A DNA stretch of 63,650 nt, counting the filler, from Octopus bimaculoides (taxonomy: Eukaryota), in the NCBI RefSeq assembly GCF_001194135.2. It is 4 parts of 3 records of this genome, joined end to end, with 100 filler letters (N's around TTAATTAATTAA, not from the genome) between each part and the next. Parts side by side here need not be neighbours in the genome. Positions count along the whole stretch, not along the records: positions 31,117 to 48,143 come from NC_068983.1; positions 48,244 to 50,299 come from NC_068999.1; positions 50,400 to 63,650 come from NC_068983.1; 1 more part is not named here. One strand, given 5' to 3'. The notes beneath the pieces are model-generated. The model made no database searches and was not told the DNA's origin. It worked only from the letters and a program-made list of their open reading frames with translations. Shown in pieces: positions 46,665-58,973 of the stretch; positions within the stretch are counted from its first letter, which is position 1, and each line of letters opens with the position of its first letter. Position numbers and translations under genes: made by a program.

Positions 46665-48143
46665 CTGGAAGAGTAGAAAAATGATGATGAAAGTTTAGAG
46701 AAAGATGAAGTAAAGTAATGAGGTGAAAATTGAGATGACAATGATTTTTAATCTGCAAAATTGAAATATAGGCACAAATTTCATTCAAGCATCTAATCAA
46801 TGGGTACACATTATTGACAAGCCTCCAAGAAGGCTGAAACATGTCTAACATTCTCATGAGTTATTGTTATGATGTTTGCTTTGCTTTATATATATATATT
46901 TATGGTTTTAACACATCTATGGAAATTTCTCTGTCAGACAAAAACCACAGAAATATGCCTGTCTATGGTGTATATACATTTAATATGATACACAGATGAC
47001 AATTTTCATTTAATACTATTTTGTGTTCACTGATTTGTTTACAGCCTGGTAAGCATTCTGCAATGGATTATTCACTTTCTTGGTACAAATTTCATTCAAT
47101 CATGGGAGAAATGGGTGCACTTTATTGAGAAGCTCCAAGAAGAGTGAAATGTGTCTAATGTTCCCATGAGTCACTGCTACAATGGTTTCTTTATTTTGAC
47201 ATAGTGTTTTTAACACATGCCTATGAGGATGTTTTCACTGACAAAAACCTTAGTAGCATACCTGTCTGCTGTGTTTACATTTAGTATGGTACAAAGATGA
47301 CTATTCTAATTTAATTTAATATTGTTTAAATTGCATTCATCAAATTTTTGAATATTAAAATGGTGGGAGATTGACAAGAGAGAAAAGTCATATTTGGTTT
47401 TCATACAGAGATCTTTAGTGTATCTTATTAGAACGACTCAACAGTGAAGGCCAGCATTCTGTTACTCCAGTTAAGTAAGGATTCATCCAAGCATTTTTTG
47501 TTGTATATTTGATATATGTGTTGAATGAAGGCATAGATGACTAAGTGTATAGGATAGTAGATGACCATCTGAGTGGATGGTGGTTTGTATTCCGTCACTG
47601 ACACTGCTTGCCAATTCAGTGGCCATGATTATTTAACTTTCTGATGGTTCACAACAATCTGTGGAAAATTACTGCAGAATAGGACAAAACTCACTGTTTG
47701 TAAACAGCGAATAACATTGTTAAAGTGGGACAGAATTTCTATTTAAGTAAACAGCGAATAACATTGTTAAAGTGGGACAGAATTTCTATTAGTAGTAGTG
47801 TTTTAGGTTGCTAGATTGGCAGAATCATTAAAGCAGTGTTTTTCAAGATGGGGTGTAAATATGTAACAAGTGAACAAGACTTGCAATACAGTCTTAATTA
47901 AAACTGCTTTTGAATGAATGAATGAATAAATAAATAAAGGTGTGTGTGTGTGTGTGTGTGTGTCTCTGTCGCTCATATTTTTCAAGAAATTTGAAGTGAT
48001 GAGGTGGAAGGAAAATGGTTGAGAAATACTGCTTTAGCATCTGACAAAAATGATTCTGGGATCTTTTTGGTTTGACGGGCAACACTTGTTTTCTTAACGA
48101 AACACTTTCAAACTTGGGACACTGGTAGAATGTGTCATATAAA

Positions 48144-48243
48144 NNNNNNNNNNNNNNNNNNNNNNNNNNNNNNNNNNNNNNNNNNNNTTAATTAATTAAN
48201 NNNNNNNNNNNNNNNNNNNNNNNNNNNNNNNNNNNNNNNNNNN
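48144..48243. other. Artificial scaffold-join linker
   Basis: 44N-TTAATTAATTAA-44N. Confidence 0.95.
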
Positions 48244-48259
48244 ATATATATATATATAT

Positions 48260-48402
48260 ATATATATACATACGACGGGCTTCTTTCAGTTTCCGTGAAC
48301 CAAATCCACTCACAAGGTTTTGGTCGGCCCGTGGCTATAGTAGAAGACACTTGCCCAAGGTGCCACGCAGTGGAACTGAAACCGGAGCCATGTGGTTGGT
48401 AA
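48260..48402 (-). mobile_element. SINE family B, 5' part
   Basis: cgacgggcttctttcagtttccg..gacacttgcccaaggtgccacgcagtgg..catgtggttgg. Confidence 0.85.
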
Positions 48403-48829
48403 TGCCAATGCACGAAACTCTCGGACCTTGACTTTCTCAGTAACGTCTGCCGATTAATAACACACAAACGCGCGCGCACACTTATACATACACACACATA
48501 CATATATACATACATACACACACACATGCCTGCAAACACATATGTATGTACATGTTTTGAGTTCTATTTTCCTGTATGTATCATCTAACGTATGTATAAT
48601 CACTGTGTCCTATAACAGCTGTGGACCGTTTTAATTTGCATTATTCTGGTTGGATCAATGATTATCATAGAATAAACATTAATCCAAACAGATTTAAACC
48701 AACAATGATTCATAACAGCTATTTCAGGTACATCGTTTGAAAACAAAGGTTCGCCATTCTTCGTTTATTTCTCTAAAACCTCCAAGGGAACTTGTAACTG
48801 CTGACGCGGAACCCAAATGGAGAAACCAC

Positions 48830-49243
48830 AATGTAGTATATGTGTAATGTGAGTTGTGTTACATTGTTGTGGTGTTTTGTGTTGTATGGTGTTTCGTGTT
48901 ATTTGCATTGTGTGGTGTTTGTGTTCGAAAAATTTTTTTTTCCATAAAAAGATGCCCTCATCATTTTGAAGGCCATGATGAAAAACAAATTGTGTTGTGT
49001 GATATTTATGTTGTGAAGTGTTTGTGATGTGTGTTGTCTGCGCTGTGTGGTGTTTTGTGTTGTGAATTGTTTGCATTGTGTGGTGTTTATAATGTGTGGT
49101 GCTTGTGCTATGTGGTGTTTTTGTTGTGAGTCGTTTGTGTTCTGTGGTGCTTGTATTGTAAGATGTTCGTGTTGTAAGGTGTTTGTGTTCTGCGGTGTCT
49201 GTGTAGTGAGGTGTTTGCCTTGTGTAGTGAGGTGTTTTCTGCT
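48830..49243. repeat. Degenerate G/T-rich minisatellite (tgtgtggtgtttgtgttgtga-like units of about 22 bp)
   Basis: Repeated gtgtggtgttt/gtgttgtg motifs. This explains the T/H-rich ORF at 48765-49253. Confidence 0.65.
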
Positions 49244-49447
49244 CTAGGCACAAGGCCCGAAATTTTTAGAGAGGGTGCCAATTGATTAAATCGACCCCAG
49301 TACGCAACTGGTACTTAATTTATTGACCCCGAAAGGATGAAAGCTAAAATCGACCACGGTGGAATTTGAACTCAGAACGTAAAGACAGACGAAATACTGC
49401 TAAGCATTTCGCCCGGCGTGCTAACGTTTCTGCCAGCTCGCCGCCTT
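49244..49447 (-). mobile_element. SINE family A, young CpG-rich copy
   Basis: aagcatttcgcccggcgtgctaacgtttctgccagctcgccgcc. Confidence 0.9.
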
Positions 49448-50299
49448 CAAAACACTTTATATTGCATGTGGAAAGGTCTTTAAGCAATGATAGCTGGAAT
49501 CTGACTAAATCGAGCAGTATTTAGAGACGATACGTTCAAACTTTTGAAGAGAACCAAGTGATGACGGTTTTAAAATGGAAGTATTTGAAATTATTCAAAT
49601 AAAATTATATTTCTTTTATCTGTTGTTTTCTACTTGTTTCAGTCATTAGACTGCGGCCATACTGGAGCACCGCATCGAAGTACCTTTTTTTTAGTCGCAT
49701 GAATATTGACCTCAGTACTTTTTTTCTTTTTGCTGAGACAAACTAGAAATGATTTCCAGGGAATCGAATTTGAAGATGAAAAAAAACTCGTCTAATATGA
49801 GTAAATGTATATGTTCTGTTGTGACACACAGACACACAGACACACACGAACACACACGCACACACACACATATGTATATGCTTATGTTTATACGTATGTG
49901 TGTGTACATATGTATATGTATGCAGCAGTATTTCGGTATATGCATGTTATGTACCACCACCTACGCCACCACCATCAACACCAACATCACCACCGACGCC
50001 ACCATCTCCGCCGCTGCCGCTGCCGCTGCCGCTGCCGCCGCCGCCGCCGCCATTTTGTTTAACATTCAATATTATCACATTCCTTTACTGTCACCCCCGC
50101 CACCGCTATTATCACCACCTCCACCATCACCTCCACCACCACTATTACGACGACCACCACGACTACCACTACCACCACCGCGGCCATCAACCTTGACCAC
50201 CAACACAACCACCACTGCACTGTAGCACACTAATACCGCCATCTTTATCTTCGTCTTTCTCCACCGCCATTCACCACCATTCACCACCACCACCACCAC

Positions 50300-50399
50300 N
50301 NNNNNNNNNNNNNNNNNNNNNNNNNNNNNNNNNNNNNNNNNNNTTAATTAATTAANNNNNNNNNNNNNNNNNNNNNNNNNNNNNNNNNNNNNNNNNNNN
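50300..50399. other. Artificial scaffold-join linker
   Basis: 44N-TTAATTAATTAA-44N. Confidence 0.95.
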
Positions 50400-50560
50400 G
50401 ATGGGTGGATGGGTGGATGGATGGATGGGTGGATGGATGGATGGATGGATGGATGGGTGGATGGATGGATGGGTGGATGGGTGGATGGATGGATGGGTGG
50501 ATGGATGGATGGATGGATGGATGGATGGGTGGATGGATGGATGGATGGATGGATGGATGG
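50400..50560. repeat. (GGAT)n/(GGGT) microsatellite
   Basis: Directly visible. Confidence 0.95.
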
Positions 50561-50589
50561 ACTGGTTTTCTATCGCTTACGATGACAAA

Positions 50590-50790
50590 TGTTCTAGTTG
50601 ATCTGATTGACGGAACAGCCTGCTCATAAAATTAGCGTGCAAGTGGGTGAGCACTCCACACGTTTACCCTTAACGTACTTCACCGGGATACTTAGTTTGA
50701 CACACCGAATGCGACAAGGCAGATCCATTCAACTACAGACACAACTCATTTGTGCTAACTGAGCGGAATGGAGTGAAATAAAGTGTCTAC
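50590..50790 (-). mobile_element. SINE family C, 3' part; the head is replaced by the adjacent LINE fragment
   Basis: gttgatc.gat..acggaacagcctgctcat.aaatta.cgtgc.agt.gg.tgagcactcca.. is the reverse complement of 53040-53225. Confidence 0.75.
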
Positions 50791-50795
50791 AAGTC

Positions 50796-51219
50796 GACAT
50801 AAATGTATCTGTCAAGACCTACCAAACACTGAGCAAATATAAAGATCTTGAAATAGAAATTAACAAAATGTGGAACCTCAAGACTAAAACAATACCTGTT
50901 ATCATAGGTGCCCTAAGAATGGTAGCAAAATGGGCTGATTCCTACCTAGCTCAGATACCAGGAAACCCCAAAATGGCAGAAATTCAAAATATAGTGCTGA
51001 TGGGAACTGCAAACATCCTACGTAAAATACTGTCCATGTTATCTCAAATTTTAAAACATTCTCTAGAACAATACTATTTGCAAAACCAAATATATGGCAC
51101 CCTAGGCATAACAGCAACTTGAACTTCTAACTTGTTGTCTCTTGCGGTCTCTGGGTGAGACTTGGAGCCAACTTGTACAAATACAAAGCAAAAGTTAAAC
51201 ATATAATAATAGTAATAAA

Positions 51220-51277
<58 letters not shown>

Positions 51278-51306
51278 GTAATTAATAATAAAAATTATTA
51301 TAATAA
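50796..51306 (+). mobile_element. R4/Dong-type LINE 3' end: RLE C-terminus, 3'UTR and (AAT)n tail
   Basis: DINVSVKTYQTLSKYKDLEIEINKMWNLKTKTIPVIIGALRM..AEIQNIVLMGTANILRKILSM, followed by a UTR and a long (aat)n run. Confidence 0.85.
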
Positions 51307-51317
51307 ANNNNNNNNNN

Positions 51318-51399
<82 letters not shown>

Positions 51400-52893
51400 A
51401 TGTGTGTGTGATAAACAGAGACGAATACTGAACTGGGTCTTCTTACTCTCATGCACAGCAAAGTACCCCTTTATCTAGTTCGCTGCACCGATACCCAAAT
51501 TCGATTCGAAGTTATCGTCTCTTGATAGTTTGTAGTCTCTGTTTTAGGTCGTTGCTTTTGTATTACAATAACATATCTTTTTATTCTCAATATGTTCTCA
51601 ATATTTTCGGACGTGAATATCTGATCGCTGTTGTTTTTCGTCCTCGGAGAGCACCCCTCCCTTTTAGGCGATGCCTGTTCGTAACACGTGATTCCCGGAG
51701 TAATGAGATTTTGAGACACTGCAGCGTTTATATCTTATTGTGTGTCTTCTTTGTTTATGTCATTAAACGCAGCAGAGAAAACCTCAGATCGCTTACGCGG
51801 CCGTTGATGAGGCGCTAATTGACTCAGGCAGATAATAAGGGCGTCTTCATGTAGTTAATATTCTTTTATTTTCTTTACAGTTGCCATCATATCTTAAACT
51901 GGTGGACAACCTGCATTTGAAGCTGAAATATTTATCAAGAGTGGGGAATTAAAGATTTAGTTTTGTCGCGCCCTGCAATTTTTCCCGCATGAATTAAGTA
52001 TAATTGTATAAACAATATGGTATCAAATATTTTTCAATTCTTCCCTTTTGTTAAGAAGAAAACAAACGGTTATCAACTACGACCGATTCCTAGAGGCAAT
52101 TCAAACCTGGATAGCCAAACCAAACGCTTTCAAGTGGAATAAATAAAATGGAGAGCGAAACCAATCCCATACATGAGGAATAAAAAGCAGAAAGAATACA
52201 AGAGAAACAGTTCCATTACTATTAAATTTATAACTTAATATTAATGTATTCACAAAGGTAAACTACTTTTAATATTGCATTCAACCAACCCATTAATTGA
52301 AAACTAACAAGCTGATATTGTTTTGTTTTTATTACAAATATTTTCTCAACACTCCGTTAAAAATTGACGTTTTTAGGTGAATACAACAAGAATCGTCAAA
52401 AAAACTGCTTGCATTTATTTGAAAGAGGTAATTGATCATTTATAGAACGTTTTATGGATCTTGAAATATAATATTTCATATCTACATATTTTAAATATCG
52501 ACATATTGCAGATAGAATTTTATTTTGAAATATTAGTGGTGGAAAAAACATACAGTTTTCTATTCCAAAATTTAATTGTTTTCCTTTATATCTCAATAAG
52601 ACATGTTTCCCATGCTGGCACTTCTCGTAAAAATGAATATTGGCAATTACAGCGGCGTCGTTGAGAAGGAAAGGTTTTACTTGCAAGTCCCAAATTCCAC
52701 CCATCAATCCATCAATGTTAATATTTTCATCGACGGTTATGCACGGTCGGCATTAAAAACATATAAAGTCTATTCCTTAATTGATTTACACTCTATTTTA
52801 TGCATTTTATGAATACAAATAGGTGTTTATATATGTGTATATATGTATATATATGTATAAAATGTTTGAAGTGGTGCACAGATTATATATATT

Positions 52894-52938
<45 letters not shown>

Positions 52939-52943
<5 letters not shown>

Positions 52944-53255
52944 GATGCGTGGATTAGTGGTTAGAGCATTCGGTTCAGGATTTTAAGGTTGTGAGTTCAA
53001 TTCCCTGCGACGTGTTGTGTCCTTGAGCAAGACACTTTATTTCACGTTGCTCCAGTCCACTCAGCTGGCAAAAATGAGTCGTACCTGTATTTCAAAGGGC
53101 TGGCCTTGTCACGCTCTGTGTCATGCCGAATCTCCCTGAGAACTACGTTAAGTGTCTGTGGAGTGCTCAGCCGCTCGCACGTTAATTTCATGAGCAAGCT
53201 GTTCCGTTGATCGGATCAACTGGAACCCTAGTCGTCGTAACGGACAGGGTGCTCC
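52939..53255 (+). mobile_element. tRNA-headed SINE family C, near full length
   Basis: A box ggattagtggttagagc and B box gagttcaattccc, then CORE-like gtccttgagcaagacactt..ccagtccactcagctgg. Confidence 0.85.
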
Positions 53256-53374
53256 TTATATATATAATAAAATAAATGCGCCCTTTTAAATCCTAGCCAG
53301 GCTCATGAGCCCACTTTCCCGGTTTCAATGGCGTATGTGTTCCCCAGCTGGACGGGACGCCATGTATATATATA

Positions 53375-53900
53375 TACATGATACTCCCAAGTCCGGCACA
53401 TGCTTCCTAAAGCTACCACACTTTGACGACAGAACTATTGTAGCGATACAACACGCAGTCCGCAGGGAAGGACTCGACATAGAGACAGTGCATACCAGCC
53501 CTTCCCTGAGAGAAGCCCTATCCAAGAACAGCACCTCCCACTACTCCGAGGAGTGCACATTGTTGAACTGCCCCATCAATGACCCTGAATTGTGCCAAAG
53601 GACCTATGTTGTATATGAGATCATCTGTGGCAAATGTGGCGCATCCTACATCGGAAGCACGACAAGGAAACTGTATATACGGATTAAGGAACACATGCAG
53701 TCAGACACTTCCGTGAAGAAACATCTATAGAAATGCCAGACCTGGGAATTCCCAGTGCACATCAAGGCAACAGAGTGGAACAGGGATAACCTTAGAATCT
53801 CTGAGGTCATTCTCATACACAAAAAGAAACCTAAGATCAACAATAGAAGAGAGTTACAGGAAATGTGTTTTGTCAGAAGAGCTTCTGTAGGAAATTTTTT
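53375..53900 (+). mobile_element. Penelope-like element GIY-YIG endonuclease region, pseudogenised
   Basis: FLKLPHFDD..SPSLREALSK..CQRTYVVYEIICGKCGASYIGSTTRKLYIRIKEH. There is a premature TAG at 53728, after which the frame continues ..LRISEVILIHKKKPKINNRRE. The first 16 or so codons of the listed ORF come from a family D SINE fragment. Confidence 0.88.
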
Positions 53901-54606
53901 ACAAATTTAAATAACATGTAAATCTTTGTGATACCTATCAGTAAATGAAACACGTGTAATGGAGAATACATAATACCAAAAGATTTCCATTTTCTTATTT
54001 AATTATAGCTTACCTCTGAAAATAGTATTTCCATAATTCTCAATTTTAATATGTATTTTGACTTACACACAACACCAACTATGGGTACATAACGATTGGG
54101 GCATTGAAACAAAAATAGATGTACTTCAAGCGGAAGCAGTTTAGATTTATCCTATCTACCTTATATAATATAGATATACAACATATATATATATATATAA
54201 ATAAAGCCGAATATATACATATATATATATAAACACTTGCATATATAATTGAATGAATAATTGCATATATGTATATGTATATATTTACATAGAAAATCCA
54301 AAATATCTTGTGGGACAAATATTTTGTCGAAATCTTATAGCAGTCATTTGCAATATGTCATACCTTGTTGTATGTCTTCAGTAATGTCTTTGTGCGCACG
54401 CACGCGCGTGCGGGCGTGCGGGCGCATGTGGGTATGTGAGTGTACAAGCGTATGTGTGCGTATGTTTGTGTGCGTGGGTTTGTATGATGTGGGTGTCTGT
54501 GCACGTGTGTATATTTGTTGTTGCAAAAGTTGGTGCAGGACCTCTGTCTTCTGCTGCATCTGGGCCTCGCATCTGGCGGTGTTCGGAAGTTTGAAAATCA
54601 GTCTTT

Positions 54607-54950
54607 AAAAGACAAATACCATGCACCAACCTGATCCGCAGAAGTTGAATGTGGAACCAACAATCACTGTCGAAGGGAGAAGTCTGAAAGTTCATGTACT
54701 TGGCCAGGGCACTCTCCAGAGCTGTGAACATTGACGATAAAGCGACACACGGACCGCCAAGGGGAGCTCAGCATTCGAGCGGTTACGTGAAGCAGGAGAG
54801 GCATTGGGCTGGCCTCCAAGCTGAAGGTGTACCAAGCAGTTTTACTGCCAATGCTACAGTACACCCGAGACAATTGCACGGTTGGCGAACACCAAGCCAA
54901 AAGCTTAAACTGCTTCCATATGAACTGTGTGGGAAATCACCTGGATATTA
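54607..54950 (+). mobile_element. RTE-BovB-like LINE fragment
   Basis: Frameshifted EPTITVEGRSLK..FMYLARALSRAVNIDD..SSAFERLRE..KLKVYQAVLLP..LNCFHMNC. Confidence 0.8.
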
Positions 54951-55221
54951 CTAATGTGTCAGAGGATATACTAATATGTCCATCTGTTCTAATTTAATTA
55001 AATTCTATGTCTTTGTGCAGCTGGGGAATTCTCTGCATTTTAAATTCATGGAATGACTACATTGTTCAATTAAATGGAGTTGCATGAAACGATCGTACTG
55101 CATTACCTCTGGATATCTGTGTTGCTTATTTTGATTTCAATCACGTTATTTTGAAATTGTACGGATAATACCGTACTAAATTCTGGTGCCTCAAATGAAG
55201 TACCATATTCACCTGAATCTA

Positions 55222-55340
<119 letters not shown>

Positions 55341-55920
55341 TTCTGAAAACTATTCCATCTAATTTTCTAATTAACGATAATGCACGTAATGCATTGAGAG
55401 CCTTTGATCTCTTCTTGATAATCCCGCCTTTAGTTCCCCCTCCCCTCATATCCTTTCTTTGATATTCTTTCTATTTCTGAAATGATCGGTATGGCAATAT
55501 TTGATGCAATAATTAGATATAACATATTTAATTATTGTTGATAACATAATTAAATGCGTTAATTAGACGTTAGCTTATTAAGTCAGGGAGGGGATCGTCT
55601 CTCAACCAGGTCATAAAAATATAGTTATTTCCCTTTGATTATTCAGTAATCAACGTATTTAATATAAGCAAGAGTAGTGTCCCTTGTAGGAAGAATGCAT
55701 AACACTTTATTGCCTTAGCGATGTCAACGATTGTCGTTGTCTTTGCATAGGCAGCCGTACGCACGCGCAGACGTTCATGTATGTATGTATGTATGTATAG
55801 ATAGATAGATAGACGTTTATACATACAAACATGCAAGCACACACACACACATTTATATATAGACATATACTTATATATTTACATATATGTGCGTGTGTTT
55901 TTTTGTGTGCGTGAGTGTGT

Positions 55921-56014
<94 letters not shown>

Positions 56015-57594
56015 TAGACTAAATTCCAGGTTCCAGGATAGAGTATTTCCGTCGAGGTCTCCGACTCTTATTCTTCCGGACGGTGCTCCAGCATGGCCGC
56101 AGTCTGACCACTGAATCAAGGAAAAGAATATGAAAAGCAAAATCATTTAAAAGCGAAGGAATTGAAGACGGCTTTGCAGTCAAAGTCGATATGGTTCTGC
56201 TGTTTTAAATGGGCATTTCAAATGGAATTTTATTCGCAAGACTCAACAGGGAAACCTCTACGAGGTCGGTCGAATGGCTACAAATGGCAGTCAAATATCT
56301 CTCAAATTTACGCCGTGTAGTCTTTGAATAAGTGAAGAATATATTTAGATAATGCATTCAGATACACACCTCGTGAATTGACAGGTTGGCCACACCTGGA
56401 ATGCTTTTAAACGAGCTAAAAACACAAATCAAAGAAAAAATTGACTGCTGTTTACCTGCAAATCGAACCGTAATATATTAAAAAAGGATGGATAAATTAA
56501 ATAATGTAGACAAGTATAGACAATGACTGTCTAACCTACCGGATGGTCACGGATGAAATGGTGATGATTATAGGCCACATTGATCAGTATTGACTTTTGG
56601 CCGAACTATTTAATTCATGTCAGACGAAAAATCATATTTTCGATTTCTTTGTTAACCACTTCTCATCTTTAACCCCTTTGATTAATATTTTCCTCTGGTG
56701 GAGACCCAAAGCCATTCCATGCTTAAAAACGAAATTCATAGATAATTCTTTCAAAATTCTTATTTTGTTTCTTTACACATTTACTTGTTTGAATTATGTT
56801 AACTGTCAAAGAAAGAAACCTTATTGTTTCTTGCAATGAATACATCGAAAACAAAACATTTTTCATGAACCCTAATACATTGTCATGGACCCAATTTACT
56901 ATTTTCCATGTGTGGACCTTCAGAAATCTTATACGGGTTGCAGGTGTCAAATGGACCCCAGTTGAGAACTGCAATATATACAGAGTGCTCAGAAACTCTC
57001 TCTGCTGTTAATTTTTTTCACAGCCTTCACACGGACCATATCGCGTCAGACTCTCCAAGATGTATTTCAAAACATGTGTCGAAGAGTCAAATATGAAGGA
57101 CGACACTTCCAACACCTCTTATAAAGTTTTTTGAAGTCTTGTAAAGTCTAATATATTCTTTTGTAGTCTTGTATCATCTGATAAATATTTATTTTGCAAT
57201 AAAATACTGACTGCGGAGAGACTTCTTGAACAACATGTATCTATGTCCTGATAAAAAGGTAGCACGGTTCAAGGGAGACAACCAAAAGTAACTTCTGTCG
57301 AATCTTTACGTTTGAAAGAAGAGCTTAAAATAAGATAAAATAACATAAAACACATAACATTTGATGTTCATCACTTGAAGAGGTTTGAAGATTTCAGCAA
57401 TGAAAATCCTGTTTGTGTGCGTGGGGAAAAGGGATGTGACCGCGCCTGCGAATAAATACATGTCTTTTACTTGTTTCAGTAACGCCTTGAAGGGTTTTAT
57501 TGAGACAACCGCATTATTTGTGAGGCTGTTACTCAATCAGACGGAGATAGATAGATGTCTCTGTGTACGGACAGGCACTTTTATACAAATGTAT

Positions 57595-57648
<54 letters not shown>

Positions 57649-57673
57649 GCGTGTATNNNNNNNNNNTATATAT

Positions 57674-57877
57674 TTACTCTTTTACTTGTTTCAGTCATGT
57701 TGACTGCGGCCATGCTGGAGCACCGCCTTTAGTCGAGCAAATCGACCCCAGGACTTATTCTTTGTAAGCCTAGTACTTATTATATCCGTCTCTATTGGCG
57801 AACCGCTAAGTTACGGGTACGTAAACACACCAGCATTGGTTGTCAAGCGATGTTGGGGGGGACCAACACAGACACAG

Positions 57878-57910
<33 letters not shown>

Positions 57911-58082
57911 CATACACATATATACGACGGGCTTTCAGTTTTCCGTCGACCAAATCCACTCACAAGGCTTTGGTCGGCCCGAGCCTATAGTAGAAGACAC
58001 TTGCACAAAGTGCCACGCACTGGAACTGAACCCGGAACCATGTGGTTGGTAAGCAACCTACTTCACACAGCCACTCTTGCGC
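57674..58082 (-). mobile_element. SINE family B, full length, CpG-rich
   Basis: tRNA-like head at about 58010-58080, CORE-like gcaagtgtcttctactata, and tail gaaacaagtaaaagagtaaa. Confidence 0.9.
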
Positions 58083-58469
58083 CTTATATATATATATATA
58101 TGCGCGTGTGTATGTATGTGTGTGTAAGTGTGTTTGTATGTGTGTATGCATGTATGTATGTAATATGTATGTATGTATGTATGTATGTATGTGTGTATAT
58201 ACATATACATGTACATATGTATATATAGTTGAAAAAGTGTTAGCAAACCATACACCTCAAAGATTATAATTGAAAAATAAAGACAGAAACAGCATGAAAG
58301 TATGTTTAAAGATTTTATATTTGTTACTTTGACTGACTTTCTATAAGATATAAACGGTTTTGAGAAACAGAAGTCTTACAAACTCCCATATATCCATATA
58401 TAGAAGTACATGTATGTGTGTGTATGTGCCCATACATACATACATATATATATATACACACACACACAC

Positions 58470-58516
<47 letters not shown>

Positions 58517-58519
<3 letters not shown>

Positions 58520-58790
58520 AAGAGGACAACCAACGTTAAGGCAAGCATCTCCAGTTGTATACAATATTATTATTGGAACGCATTTAAAGTCTTACAGCTG
58601 TTTCTGGGATATCTCATTAATATGTACCATTCTCTTTTTTTCCTATTATCCCTATTTGTCTCTGATAACGGAATATTCCAACGTTGAGCATATCGCAGAA
58701 ACAGCTGTAAGACTTTAAATGTTTTCCAGTAATAATATTGTATACGACTTGAGATGTTTGCCTTGTCTTACAGTTGGTTCTCCTCTTTAA
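58517..58790. mobile_element. 274-bp foldback element carrying a degenerate hammerhead (PLE inverted pLTR-like)
   Basis: Arms 58517-58616 and 58685-58790 are reverse complements. On the + strand: gtct-CTGATAA (58662) ... GAAAC-AGCT-GTA-agac (58698-58713). Confidence 0.75.
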
Positions 58791-58934
58791 CAATTATATA
58801 TCCGCTGCATCAGAAACTTCCTAGGGGCCCATAACTACGTCTTGGTTATAACTTTGGAGCCCTACTAATCCGTTCCAGCTCTCACCTAGCGTACTTAATT
58901 GTTTAGATCTCCTGTGAACTAAATCCCCATACGT

Positions 58935-58973
<39 letters not shown>

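Noticed and set aside
49749-50299. Poly-Ala/Pro/His ORFs resembling a transcription factor
   Set aside because: These are (GCC/CAC)n repeats joined to CA microsatellites on a 2-kb orphan piece; no domain or splice signals.
51471-51830. Possible Tc1-like N-terminal fragment on the minus strand
   Set aside because: Only a vague 'TSENIEN' resemblance; no TIR or catalytic region found.
51881-51952. Exon after a strong + acceptor (ttttattttctttacag|TTG)
   Set aside because: All three frames stop within 72 nt, there is no convincing donor and no recognisable peptide. It could be a non-coding exon.
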